From Acidimicrobiia bacterium (GTDB lineage Bacteria > Actinomycetota > Acidimicrobiia > Spongiisociales > UBA5794): a stretch of DNA of 64,000 bases. Numbering within the stretch: position 1 is the first letter of the stretch; every line of letters starts with the position of its first letter. A model generated the notes under the pieces. The model ran no database searches. It had not been told where the DNA came from and saw only the letters and a list, made by a program, of their open reading frames with translations. A program made the position numbers and the translations under genes. Below are positions 27,135-36,956 of the stretch, piece by piece. The stretch lies in contig QJWC01000081.1 in the NCBI GenBank assembly GCA_003235475.1, forward strand, positions 9,343 through 73,342, read 5' to 3'.

Positions 27135-27695
27135 TCAGGTCACACGCGTGATGTAGTCGCCGGAACGGGTATCGACCTTGACCACGTCACCCTGCTCCAC
27201 GAAGAGCGGTGCCTGGATGATCCGGCCTGTCGACAGGGTGACCGGCTTTGTCGCAGCAGATACGCGATCTCCCTTGATTCCAGGCTCCGCGAACGTCACT
27301 TCGAGTTCGACGGACGCGGGAAGTTCGATGTCAACCGGGGTGCCATCGAACATGGAGATACGCACCGTCATGCCGTCGGTCATGAAGTCCGCCTGGTCTC
27401 CGATGAGCTCGCTCGGAACGCTGATCTGGTCGAACGTCTCGAGATCCATCAGGTTGAATCCGAGGTCGTCCTGATACAGGAAGGTGTGATCGCGTCGGTC
27501 GATGCGGGCTTGGGGGACGTTCTCACCCGCTCGAAAGGTCCGATCGAGGACCGCTCCCGTCCGCACGTTCTTCAGCTTCATGCGGACGAAGGCCTTGCCC
27601 TTCCCGGGTTTCACATGCTGGTATTCGACGACCGAGAACAAGCCTTCTGGAAGGTCGAGCGCCATTCCCGGCCGGACATCGTTGGTTGAGATCAT
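27135..27695 (-). CDS. efp: Elongation factor P
   Basis: MISTND, HVKPGKG.AFVR, KVDTRSGDY. Confidence 0.97.
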   Translation of the reverse strand: MISTNDVRPGMALDLPEGLFSVVEYQHVKPGKGKAFVRMKLKNVRTGAVLDRTFRAGENVPQARIDRRDHTFLYQDDLGFNLMDLETFDQISVPSELIGDQADFMTDGMTVRISMFDGTPVDIELPASVELEVTFAEPGIKGDRVSAATKPVTLSTGRIIQAPLFVEQGDVVKVDTRSGDYITRVT

Positions 27696-27726
27696 CGTGG
27701 TGCTTTCCCGTCGCGGCGTTGCACCG

Positions 27727-28773
27727 TCACTCGACGCCGATCGAGGCCAGTGCGGCCCGTACGGTAGCGTCGTCGACGGCGACGACCTCAGGCTGGCCGA
27801 ATGCCCGCAGGAGGACCATGCGAAGCCCTTCTGGGCCCCGTTTCTTGTCAAGCGACATGAAAGAACGCACCTCGTCAGCGTCTGCGTCTGGTGCGCTCAC
27901 CGGGAGCCCTACCCGACCCAGGACGTCGACCTGTCGCGGAGCGCCCCTGAAACCCAGGACGGCTTCCGACGCCGACCCGGCCGCCACGACGCCGATCGCG
28001 ACCGACTCGCCGTGGGTGCGGCCCGTCGCCGACTCGATCCCGTGGCCGACGGTGTGGCCGTAGTTCAGGATCGCCCTTCGGCCTTCTTCCCTGAAGTCGT
28101 CGTTCACCACGTCGACCTTGACTGCGACCGACCGGTTGACGATCGACTCGAGGTCGACGTCGATCCCGAAGGCCTCGTAGTCCTTGACGATGGACATATC
28201 GGAGATGAAGCCCGTCTTGAGCGCCTCTGCAGCGCCGTCCCGTCGACGGTCCTCCGGAAGGGCATCGAGGGTGTTGACGTCGATGACGACCTGTGAAGGG
28301 TGCTTGAACAGTCCGACGAGGTTCTTCCCGTCGACATTGACGCCTGTTTTCCCGCCGATCGCCGCGTCGACCGCGCCGAGAAGCGTCGTCGGTACGTACA
28401 TCGCATCGATGCCGCGCAAATAGGTGCCGGCGATGAAGCCCGCGACGTCGGTCAGGGAGCCGCCGCCGACGCCGATGATGGCGTCCGAGCGGGTGAAGCG
28501 GTGCTCGTTGAGATGCCGGTAGACCTCCTCGACAACGCTCATCTGCTTGGCTTCCTCTCCGTCCGGCACGGCATAACCGGACGAAGCAAATCCCTCGGCG
28601 GCGAAGGCCTTCGAGTAACGCTCAGCGAGGTCCCTGGTCCGCGGCTGGCAAAGCAAGGCGACGCGCTCGTATCCGCGAGCTGCCGCGCGGCGGACGAGTT
28701 CGGAGGTCATGGACCGACCGACGGCGATGGTCGACGCAACCGATGATCCCTCGCGGATCACATGCTCACGCAT
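27727..28773 (-). CDS. aroB: 3-dehydroquinate synthase
   Basis: GEEAK, GGG..TDVAGF, PTTLL..VDAAIGGKTG, LNYGHT, HGE, DKK. Confidence 0.95.
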   Translation of the reverse strand: MREHVIREGSSVASTIAVGRSMTSELVRRAAARGYERVALLCQPRTRDLAERYSKAFAAEGFASSGYAVPDGEEAKQMSVVEEVYRHLNEHRFTRSDAIIGVGGGSLTDVAGFIAGTYLRGIDAMYVPTTLLGAVDAAIGGKTGVNVDGKNLVGLFKHPSQVVIDVNTLDALPEDRRRDGAAEALKTGFISDMSIVKDYEAFGIDVDLESIVNRSVAVKVDVVNDDFREEGRRAILNYGHTVGHGIESATGRTHGESVAIGVVAAGSASEAVLGFRGAPRQVDVLGRVGLPVSAPDADADEVRSFMSLDKKRGPEGLRMVLLRAFGQPEVVAVDDATVRAALASIGVE

Positions 28774-29252
28774 CGCACAACCTCCTCCGCGACATCCTGC
28801 GGCGTCTTGCCATCCGTGTCGACCACATGATCGGCGGACTCGATGTACCTCGGCCATCGTGCCGCGAGGAGCTCGTCCAATTGCGCTCTGTCTCGGTAAA
28901 GCGGTCTCGTCGCTGTTGACCCGATTCGGTCGACGATCTCTTCGACCGACGCAGCGAGGAGGACGATGGCACCTGAATCAGACATCAACGATGCGTTGGC
29001 GGGGTCAATGACCGCTCCCCCGCCTGTACTCACCACCGCGCTCTGGCTGGCTGCGACCGATGCGATCGCCTTTCGCTCCTCCGCGCGAAACACCTCTTCT
29101 GACTCTTCGAAGAGGTCAGCGATCGTCCGGCCAGACGACTCCATGACGACCGTGTCGGTATCGACGAGCGGCATCGTGAGGCGTTGCGCAACGAGGGCAC
29201 CGACCGTGGTCTTGCCGGTTCCCATCATGCCGATCAACCAAATGTGGCCCAT
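28758..29252 (-). CDS. aroK: Shikimate kinase
   Basis: GMMGTGKTT, FRAEE, STGGG, RPL. Confidence 0.95.
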   Translation of the reverse strand: MGHIWLIGMMGTGKTTVGALVAQRLTMPLVDTDTVVMESSGRTIADLFEESEEVFRAEERKAIASVAASQSAVVSTGGGAVIDPANASLMSDSGAIVLLAASVEEIVDRIGSTATRPLYRDRAQLDELLAARWPRYIESADHVVDTDGKTPQDVAEEVVRCVSM

Positions 29253-30418
29253 CAGAAGGTGTCGAGCCGGCTCCGGTACGCGGCCGCCGCTCCGGCGAAG
29301 TCGTCGACGGTGTCGCCACCGAACTTCCTCAGGCACTCGCGTGCGAGCACGTAGGCGACCATCTGCTCAGCGACCACACCCGCCGCCGGCACTGCGCACA
29401 CGTCGCTCCGCTCCCGCATCGCCTTGATCGGTTCCTTTGTCGTCACATCGACGGTGTCGAGCGGCTTCATCACGGTGGAGATGGGCTTCATATAGGCGGT
29501 GACCCGGAGCGCCTCCCCGGTCGTCATGCCCCCCTCGAGGCCGCCCGCGTGGTTCGACCGGCGGCGGAAGCCCGACGCGTCATGTGTGATCTCGTCGTGG
29601 GCGATAGTGCCCCTGGACCTGGACTGCGCAATGCCGTCACCGATCTCGACCCCTTTGATCGCCTGGATCGACATGAGTGCTCCCGCGAGGAGGCCGTCGA
29701 GCTTGCGGTCCCAATGCACGTGGCTTCCCACGCCGGGGGGAAGCCCGAAGGCAAGCACCTCGACCGACCCGCCGAGCGTGTCCTTGTCGGTCGCCGCCCT
29801 GTCGATCTCGTCGACCATCCTCTTCGCCAGGTCACGGTCGTACGCCCTGACTTCGCTCGCCTCGATGGCCTCGACATCCTCGGCGGACGGGAGCGGAGAG
29901 TCGGGGTCCACGGAAACCGATCCGATCGCGGTCACATGGGACAGGATGCTGACATCGATGGCGGCGAGCAGTTGCTTTGCGATGTAGCCGACAATCGTCC
30001 TCGCAGCGGTCTCCCTCGCCGATGCCCGTTCGAGGATGTCGCGAGCGTCGTGGGTGTCGTACTTCTGCATCCCAACGAGATCCGCATGTCCCGGACGCGG
30101 GTTCGTTTCGGCCCGCGGGGGCGCACCGTCCCCACCAAGAGGATCGGGATCCATGATCGTGCTCCACCTGTCCCACTCTGTGTTCCGAACAAGGACGGAT
30201 ATCGGGCCGCCGAGGGAACGCCCGAAACGAACGCCACCGAGAATCTCGACCACATCCTGTTCGATCTTCATGCGAGCGCCGCGGCCGTGGCCGGCACGCC
30301 GCCGTGCAAGCTCTGCAGCGATGCCTTCGCGCGTGACGGTCAGCCCAGCCGGTACGCCCTCGATGACGGCGGTCAGCCCCGGGCCGTGCGATTCACCCGC
30401 TGTGAGAAACCGAAGCAT
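29252..30418 (-). CDS. aroC: Chorismate synthase
   Basis: TAGESHG, RPGHAD, ERASARET, GGLEGG, RSD. Confidence 0.97.
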   Translation of the reverse strand: MLRFLTAGESHGPGLTAVIEGVPAGLTVTREGIAAELARRRAGHGRGARMKIEQDVVEILGGVRFGRSLGGPISVLVRNTEWDRWSTIMDPDPLGGDGAPPRAETNPRPGHADLVGMQKYDTHDARDILERASARETAARTIVGYIAKQLLAAIDVSILSHVTAIGSVSVDPDSPLPSAEDVEAIEASEVRAYDRDLAKRMVDEIDRAATDKDTLGGSVEVLAFGLPPGVGSHVHWDRKLDGLLAGALMSIQAIKGVEIGDGIAQSRSRGTIAHDEITHDASGFRRRSNHAGGLEGGMTTGEALRVTAYMKPISTVMKPLDTVDVTTKEPIKAMRERSDVCAVPAAGVVAEQMVAYVLARECLRKFGGDTVDDFAGAAAAYRSRLDTF

Positions 30419-30469
30419 GGCCAGGAGAGTAGGCGGCCGTCAGGGGCTCGAGACTTCATCTGGTGCCTG

Positions 30470-31213
30470 TCAGCCGCGATACCAATCCAGGAATGCTGAC
30501 CCGAAGACGATCGAAGCGACGGCTCCTGCCACCATGAAGGGGCCGAAGGCAATGGCATCGGTGCGGCGCACACGGCGCGTGATGAGCAGCAGAACCGATA
30601 CCAGGCCGCCGAGGAGGAACGCGCCGACGACGGCGACTCCAAGGTGCGACCACGAGACGAACCCGACGAACATCCCCAGGGGAAAAGCAAGTTTGACATC
30701 GCCGTACCCGAGCGCTCCCTTCGCGACAAGGGCAAGGACGAACATGACGACGAAGTACGTGATCCCTGCGAGGAGTGCACGCACGACTGCCCCCGGCATG
30801 GATGCGAAGAGCCCACCGATGACCAGCGACAACCCGCACGCGAGCGTGCCCGGGACGAGGATGCGGTTCGGGATGAGCTGCGTGTCGATGTCCGTCACCG
30901 TCAGGACACCGGCCATGAAGCCGAAGGCGACATAAGCAGGAACCACCCACCCTGTGGGGGCACCGAAGGCGAGCAGGACGAGGAGCACCGGCAGTGCGAT
31001 CAGGACCAGAACATTCATGGCGCGCTGTCGATGGCGGTTGCCGCGGCATTTCGAGAGAAATACGTTCAGATCGTCCCCGCAGGTCGGGCAAGGCGGGTTC
31101 CACCACAGATCGCTCCCCCGGAGGCGGTGCGCGTCCGCCTCCGCGACGACGGCCCTGGCGAGGACAACGCCCACAAGGGCGACCACGACTGCGAGGAAGA
31201 GGTCTGCGTTCAT
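30470..31213 (-). CDS. A24 family prepilin peptidase
   Basis: CPTC, TDID..LIPN, GYGDVKL (GxGD), AFGPF. Confidence 0.85.
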   Translation of the reverse strand: MNADLFLAVVVALVGVVLARAVVAEADAHRLRGSDLWWNPPCPTCGDDLNVFLSKCRGNRHRQRAMNVLVLIALPVLLVLLAFGAPTGWVVPAYVAFGFMAGVLTVTDIDTQLIPNRILVPGTLACGLSLVIGGLFASMPGAVVRALLAGITYFVVMFVLALVAKGALGYGDVKLAFPLGMFVGFVSWSHLGVAVVGAFLLGGLVSVLLLITRRVRRTDAIAFGPFMVAGAVASIVFGSAFLDWYRG

Positions 31214-31250
31214 CCGGGCGAGCCTAGGTCCGCGTGGTCGTACAGACGGA

Positions 31251-32024
31251 TTACCGGGCTCTCGCTGCGCGCTCGAAGACGGTGGCTGGCACCCGTATGC
31301 CGGTGAACCGGCGGAACGCCTCTACCGCCTGGCCGGCGAGCATGTCGATACCGTCGGCAACCGGGATGGCCCGCTCGATCGCATCTGAGACAAGTGGAGT
31401 CGGCGCGTCGCTGTACGCCATGTCGATCACCCCGACCGCCCCTTCCGTGAGCTGAGGAGGCATCACCTCGCCATGCATCCCGAGCGGTGTCGCGTTGACG
31501 ATCACACAACCGGCGCGACCTTCGTCCCATGGGACCCATTCAGCCGGTACCGCGGTCGAGGTGGCGAGTTCCGCCGCTGCCTCGCGCCGTCTGGCCGAAA
31601 CCAGAAGCGTGTGCCCCTCGAGGGCCACGGCAGCGGCACGCGCAGCGCCGCCCGAACCGAGGATCCGAACCGGTGCCTCTGTCTGTACACCGAGCAAAGA
31701 GAAGGCGTGCCGCACGCCGGCGATGTCCGTGTTGAATCCACGCAATACGGCTCCGGCGCGCACGACGCTGTTCACGGCGCCGCTCCTGGCGGCCTCTGGC
31801 GACAGGTCGTCCGCCGCTTCGTAGGCGTTGCGTTTGTGGGGCATGGTCACCGATACTCCGTCGAGCTGCCCTGTGCGGAGTGCAGAGACAACTTCCGGAA
31901 ACCCTGAAGGGCCGACCCTCCACCGTTCGAAGGATGCTTCGATGCCTGCGAATGCGAACGCCGCGAGATGCATCTCCGGAGACAGCGAGTGCTCGATCGG
32001 ATCACCTACGACGGCGAAGTTCAT
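31251..32024 (-). CDS. aroE: Shikimate dehydrogenase
   Basis: HSLSPEMH, VTMPHK, NTD, GSGGAA, NATPLG. Confidence 0.95.
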   Translation of the reverse strand: MNFAVVGDPIEHSLSPEMHLAAFAFAGIEASFERWRVGPSGFPEVVSALRTGQLDGVSVTMPHKRNAYEAADDLSPEAARSGAVNSVVRAGAVLRGFNTDIAGVRHAFSLLGVQTEAPVRILGSGGAARAAAVALEGHTLLVSARRREAAAELATSTAVPAEWVPWDEGRAGCVIVNATPLGMHGEVMPPQLTEGAVGVIDMAYSDAPTPLVSDAIERAIPVADGIDMLAGQAVEAFRRFTGIRVPATVFERAARAR

Positions 32025-33127
32025 TCACGGACCCCGTTCTCACGCGCCCGTTCGATGTTCGCCTGATGTTCCTCGAAGGTGGTTGCGAAGTAGTGCGTGC
32101 CGTCTGACTCGCCGAGGACGTAGAACAGGTAATCCGTGAACGCCGGGTTCACGGCGGCTTCGAGGCTCGCCTGTGACGTTGTGCCGATCGGAGTTGGTGG
32201 CAGCCCGTCGTTCCGATAGGTGTTGTAAGGAGAGTCCGTGTCGAGATGTTCGCTCGTCACCACGCCGGGGTTGTACCCGAGCGCGTATATCACCGTTGCG
32301 TCGATCTGGAGTCGCATCGGCACGCTGAGCCGGTTGTAGATCACGGAGGCCATGATTGGCCGCTCCTCGTCCAGGCTCGCCTCCCTCTCGATCAACGACG
32401 CGACGATGATGGCCTCGTACCGGGTCACGCCGAGCGCTTCGATCCTCCCCCAATCGAGTGTGCCGAGCCGTCGCTCCATCTCGACGATCATCGGCGCAAG
32501 GATCTCGCCGGGTGTCGCGGTCGGATCGAGCGGGTACGTTGCCGGGAAGATCAGGCCCTCCCACCGCGCGAGGTCGTTCGCCAAGGCGGAAGGGAGGTAG
32601 GACGAGGTCAGCTCGCCTGATTCGAGGGAAGCGACGAAGTCGGCCTGGGAATGGGACGTCTTGAGCGCCAGTTCCTCGATGATCCTCGCGACGGTCCAGC
32701 CTTCGACGACGGTGAACGTGGAAGGGGCATCGACGTTCGAGCCGAGTACGAGCTGTGCGATGACCTCAGCGGGATCCATGCCGGTGGTGAATGCATACGT
32801 CCCCGCCTGGAGCTTTCCCTCTGCGTCGAGCGCCTGCGCCGCTGACTGGAGCGCGCCGCTGTTCGCCACACCACGCTCATCGAGAAGGGCGTAGATGGAA
32901 GCTGCCGAGGCACCTGAAGGCACCACGAGTTCAACAGGGAGCCCGATCGACAGTTCATCGTCGTCTCTGACCACGAGGCGCGCTGTGCCAAAGGCGATGG
33001 CGGCAAGCACCACGACGGCGAGGCCCGCAGCGATTGCGCGTATCACGACGCGCCGCCGACCTCTGTCGGCGCCCGGCGTGCGCTCAGCCGTCTGTTGCGG
33101 CGGTGTCATCTCGGTTTCGTCTTGCAT
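32021..33127 (-). CDS. mltG: Endolytic transglycosylase MltG (start uncertain, 33127 or 33109)
   Basis: TM anchor, EGLIFPATY, ASLIERE, LQIDAT, SPYNTY..GLPPTPI. Confidence 0.93.
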   Translation of the reverse strand: MQDETEMTPPQQTAERTPGADRGRRRVVIRAIAAGLAVVVLAAIAFGTARLVVRDDDELSIGLPVELVVPSGASAASIYALLDERGVANSGALQSAAQALDAEGKLQAGTYAFTTGMDPAEVIAQLVLGSNVDAPSTFTVVEGWTVARIIEELALKTSHSQADFVASLESGELTSSYLPSALANDLARWEGLIFPATYPLDPTATPGEILAPMIVEMERRLGTLDWGRIEALGVTRYEAIIVASLIEREASLDEERPIMASVIYNRLSVPMRLQIDATVIYALGYNPGVVTSEHLDTDSPYNTYRNDGLPPTPIGTTSQASLEAAVNPAFTDYLFYVLGESDGTHYFATTFEEHQANIERARENGVRE

Positions 33128-33521
33128 CGAGAAATCCTTGGAGCATGATCGCCGCAGCGACCTGATCCCGCGTTGTCTTCCGTTCCTTGCGACGCATCCC
33201 GCCCTCGAGCAGGGCGGACTCTGCAATCTTCGTCGTGAAGCGTTCATCCCAGTACTCGACCTCGAGGCCCGCTTCCTCGAGGGCCGCTCCGAGGTTCCGG
33301 CTTCGCATGGCGGATGGCCCCTCGGATCCGTCGAGGGCCAAGGGCAGTCCTACGACAAGCAGTGATGCGCCAAGTTCAGCGGCTACGTCGAGCACTCCCG
33401 CTACAGAGTCTCGGTCGGCGGGAACGAATCCGTGAGGGGACGCGATGGTGCCCGTCGGATCCGAGACCGCGACACCGATGCGGCGCTCCCCAGGATCGAG
33501 TCCGAGGATGCGCCCGCTCAC
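33084..33521 (-). CDS. ruvX: YqgF/RuvX family nuclease
   Basis: LGLDPGERRIGVAVSD, VGLP, DERFTT, AAAIMLQ. Confidence 0.95.
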   Translation of the reverse strand: MSGRILGLDPGERRIGVAVSDPTGTIASPHGFVPADRDSVAGVLDVAAELGASLLVVGLPLALDGSEGPSAMRSRNLGAALEEAGLEVEYWDERFTTKIAESALLEGGMRRKERKTTRDQVAAAIMLQGFLDARRNRDDTAATDG

Positions 33522-36139
33522 AGCGACTGAAGCGCCTCCCGCGCCGCGGCCACCGACGTGGCGATCGCTGCGTCCATCCCGGAGGCGTTCGGCCCACCGG
33601 CCTGGGCGAGCCCGGGATCGCGGCTTCCACCGCCGCCGAGCTCCTTTGCCCCAGCCGCCGCGATTGCCCCTGCGGAAACGCCTCGTTGCACCACATCGTC
33701 ACTTGCGAACACGATCAGAGCAGCCTTGTCATCCGTCACTGATCCGAGGACGCCGACGCCGGACCCCAACCGGTCGCGCACCTGGAATGCAATGGATCGG
33801 ATGCCGTCGTTGCCGACTCCGTCGACTCGCCCGCTGGCGAGGTGTGTGGTGCCGATGCCCTCGGCGGACGACACGATCTCGGAGGCAGAACCGGACTGCT
33901 CGCGGGCCTCGAACTCGGCAAGCCGCTCCTCGGCGACACGCAGGCGCTCCGCCGTCGACATCGCTGCGTCGACCTCGCGCCCCGGTTGCGCTTTGAGAAC
34001 GTTTCCCACATCCCTGAGCTGAGCCCGCAGGTCCGCAAGGTGTGCGTACGCCGCACTCCCGGTGAGGGCCTCGACGCGACGGATGTTCGACCCGACGGAG
34101 CCTTCGCTCACCAACACGAGGGGGCCGATCTGACCGGTGGTCGGCACGTGCGTTCCACCGCAGAACTCCGTCGAGTAGTCGCCTGTGCGGACGACCCGCA
34201 CGCGCTCTCCGTACTTGTCGCCGAAGAAGGCGAGCGCGCCCATCTCCTGCGCCTCGGTCTTCGAGGTCTCGACGGTCGTGACCCTCGCGTTCTCGATCAC
34301 TCGGTCGTTCGTCGTCGCCTCGATGTGGTTAAGCGTTTCCGAGTCGACCGCACTGTGGTGGGAGAAATCGAACCGCAATCGGTCGGGCGCCACGAGCGAC
34401 CCTGCCTGATGGACATGGTCACCGAGGACGCTCCGAAGGGCCCAGTGCAGGATGTGCGTGCCGGTGTGGTTCTTCTTGGTCGTCTCGCGGCGGGCCCGAT
34501 CGACGTGGGTGGTCGCCCCCTGTCCAGCCTGCACGTATCCGGTGGCGACCGTTCCACGGTGGCCACGTATCTCAGGCAGGGTGAACTGGGTGTCATCGAT
34601 GCGGATCTCGCCCGTCTCGGTCCGAATGATGCCTGCGTCGCCGACCTGGCCCCCAGACTCGGCATAGAAGGGCGTGACATCGACGAACACCTCGACGTCC
34701 TGGCCCTCGTCTGCGCGGTCGACGACTTCGCCCTCGCGCAGGAGGCTGAGCACTGTTCCTGTCCCTTGCAGATGGTCGTACCCGATGAACTCCGTTTGAT
34801 CGACGTTGCGCAGGGCAGCTCGGTACCGCTCCACGGCCTCGCTGTCGCTCGCGCCCTCGAATGCCGCTCGGGCGCGTTGGCGTTGCTGCGTCATCTCGAC
34901 CTCGAACCCATCGCGGTCGACCTCGAGGCCGCGCTCCTTCGCGATCTCCTCGGTCAGCTCGATCGGAAAGCCGTAGGTGTCATGGAGCTTGAAGGCGGTG
35001 CTCCCCGGTATCGGAGCGCCAGCGTCGAGGTCATCGATCGCTGCGTCGAGCATCTGCTCGCCTGTCTCGAGGGTTCGGACGAACTGAGATTCCTCGCGGT
35101 CGGCCAACTCCCTGATGAACGCTTGTCGCTCCGCGAGCGCGGGATACGCGGCGCCCATCTCCGCAACCGTGACGTCGATGAGGCGGTCCATCACCGAACC
35201 TTCGGCTCCAAGCATGTGTGCGTGGCGAACAGCCCTCCGAAGGAGCCTTCGGAGGATGTATCCGCGGCCTTCGTTCGACGGCACGACACCGTCCGAGATG
35301 AGGAACGTCACGGCACGGCCGTGGTCGGCCATGATCCTGAGGCTCGTATCGGCGCGGTCGTCCGCCCCGTATGCGGTCGATGTGGCGTTCTCTGCCACGG
35401 CGAGGACTGCACGCAACGTGTTCGTCTCGAAGACGGTGTCGACACCCTGGAGGACACAGGACACACGTTCGAGGCCCATGCCGGTATCGATCGACTTCAT
35501 CGGGAGTTCACCCACGAGGTGGTAGGGCTCGTCCTGCACGTAGGCCATGAAGACGAGATTCCAATACTCCATGAAGCGTTCCTCGTCGACCACGGGACCG
35601 CCGTCAGGCCCGTACTGCGGGCCCTTGTCGTAGAACAGCTCGGACGACTTCCCCGCGGGGCCCGCGACCCCCATCTGCCAGATGTTGTCCCGATCGCGAC
35701 GCTGGAGCCGCGCCGCCGGGAACCCGATCTTGTCGAGCCAGATCTCCGCGGCCTCGTCATCCGTGTCGTGCACCGTCACCCAGATCCGGTCTGGATCGAG
35801 GTGGTACTCCTCGACGGAAAGCTTCCACGCGAGCTCTATGGCCCGTTCCTTGAAGTAGTCCCCGAAGGAGAAGTTTCCGAGCATCTCGAAGAACGAGAGA
35901 TGACGCGCGGTGGTACCGATGATGTCGATGTCGACGGTCCGGATGCACTTCTGCGAGGTGACCGCGCGCGGATGCGGGGCGGCTTCCTCGCCGAGGAGGT
36001 ACGACTTGAACGGAACCATGCCGGCGACATTGAGGAGGAGGGACGGATCGACCGGAATCAGCGACGCAGAGGGCATCACGACGTGGTCGTGCTTCTCGAA
36101 GAAGTCGAGGTAGGTACTGCGAATCTCGTTGGTTTCCAT
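33518..36139 (-). CDS. alaS: Alanine--tRNA ligase
   Basis: AGMVPFK, QKCIR, FEMLGNFSFGDYFK, DTGMGLER, HTGTH, CGGTH, GGGG..AQAGG. Confidence 0.98.
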   Translation of the reverse strand: METNEIRSTYLDFFEKHDHVVMPSASLIPVDPSLLLNVAGMVPFKSYLLGEEAAPHPRAVTSQKCIRTVDIDIIGTTARHLSFFEMLGNFSFGDYFKERAIELAWKLSVEEYHLDPDRIWVTVHDTDDEAAEIWLDKIGFPAARLQRRDRDNIWQMGVAGPAGKSSELFYDKGPQYGPDGGPVVDEERFMEYWNLVFMAYVQDEPYHLVGELPMKSIDTGMGLERVSCVLQGVDTVFETNTLRAVLAVAENATSTAYGADDRADTSLRIMADHGRAVTFLISDGVVPSNEGRGYILRRLLRRAVRHAHMLGAEGSVMDRLIDVTVAEMGAAYPALAERQAFIRELADREESQFVRTLETGEQMLDAAIDDLDAGAPIPGSTAFKLHDTYGFPIELTEEIAKERGLEVDRDGFEVEMTQQRQRARAAFEGASDSEAVERYRAALRNVDQTEFIGYDHLQGTGTVLSLLREGEVVDRADEGQDVEVFVDVTPFYAESGGQVGDAGIIRTETGEIRIDDTQFTLPEIRGHRGTVATGYVQAGQGATTHVDRARRETTKKNHTGTHILHWALRSVLGDHVHQAGSLVAPDRLRFDFSHHSAVDSETLNHIEATTNDRVIENARVTTVETSKTEAQEMGALAFFGDKYGERVRVVRTGDYSTEFCGGTHVPTTGQIGPLVLVSEGSVGSNIRRVEALTGSAAYAHLADLRAQLRDVGNVLKAQPGREVDAAMSTAERLRVAEERLAEFEAREQSGSASEIVSSAEGIGTTHLASGRVDGVGNDGIRSIAFQVRDRLGSGVGVLGSVTDDKAALIVFASDDVVQRGVSAGAIAAAGAKELGGGGSRDPGLAQAGGPNASGMDAAIATSVAAAREALQSL

Positions 36140-36151
36140 GAAGAGGCGAGG

Positions 36152-36376
36152 TTACCCGGTCTCGGCCTCACCACCCGTTGGAGCGACGCGCAGCGACGAC
36201 CGCTGAAGCCGCCGGCCGACGCGCTCGAGGCTGTCCGCCGCGACGTGGGCAGACGCTCTCTTCAGCCCCCTGGCGTCAAGGCGTTCGCGCAGTTGGCGGG
36301 CCCTTTTGACGACGAGGAAGCCGAGGCCGACCGTCATCGCGGCGCCATACACGAACCAACGGATGCGAACGAACAT
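36152..36376 (-). CDS. Small single-TM hypothetical protein
   Basis: N-terminal hydrophobic segment, basic tail; TACGCT 7 nt before ATG; small genes are common before alaS in actinobacteria. Confidence 0.65.
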   Translation of the reverse strand: MFVRIRWFVYGAAMTVGLGFLVVKRARQLRERLDARGLKRASAHVAADSLERVGRRLQRSSLRVAPTGGEAETG

Positions 36377-36418
36377 GGAGGGGAGCGTAGCCGTGGGGGG
36401 CGCCGACGACTCGGGCGT

Positions 36419-36853
36419 CTACCCGTTCGAATCCGGGTCGAAGCCGCACTGCTGCAGGGCTGTTGCGGGGTCGAGACCGCCGTACTGCGACCGTTCGAAC
36501 GCGGCGACGGCGGCGATCTCCGTGGGCGTGAGGCGGCCTTCATGGCTCGGCATCCCGCCGGTGACCTCCTTGTTCGGGTCTCCGTAGGTGATGCCGACTT
36601 CCGCCTTCCAACCATCGGAGCCCAGCGTCACCCAGCGTTGATGGTCCTCGCATGAGCTGAACGTGTCCAGGACCCCGGCGAACGGCGGGCCGATGCCGCC
36701 CTGTCCGCCGGATCCGTGGCAGGCCGAGCATATGTTGGCGTACACCTCGCGACCCTGCGCGAGTGGCCCCTGAGGCGCTGCGGAACCACAGGCGGCGATC
36801 AGCAGTCCCATCACGGCGGGAAGCACGATGCGTATGAAGAGGACTCGTGGCAC
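36419..36853 (-). CDS. Monoheme cytochrome c lipoprotein
   Basis: Lipobox LIAAC, GREVY..CSACHG..GQGGIGP, distal GGMPS. Confidence 0.85.
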   Translation of the reverse strand: MPRVLFIRIVLPAVMGLLIAACGSAAPQGPLAQGREVYANICSACHGSGGQGGIGPPFAGVLDTFSSCEDHQRWVTLGSDGWKAEVGITYGDPNKEVTGGMPSHEGRLTPTEIAAVAAFERSQYGGLDPATALQQCGFDPDSNG

Positions 36854-36956
36854 CGGGGCACGGTAGCCGAACCGATGTGGGAGGTGTGCCGTTCGCTTGC
36901 ACGCGCGCAGGTCGTCGAATCGCTACGATCGATGCAGCGAAAGACGGGAGGACACC

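Noticed and set aside
30470..31213. Prepilin peptidase as a sign of a pilus locus
   Set aside because: No pilin or ATPase genes nearby; its place between aroE and aroC is a common actinobacterial arrangement
33842..36655. 937-aa plus-strand ORF
   Set aside because: Antisense shadow of alaS caused by high-GC codon bias; no recognisable motifs
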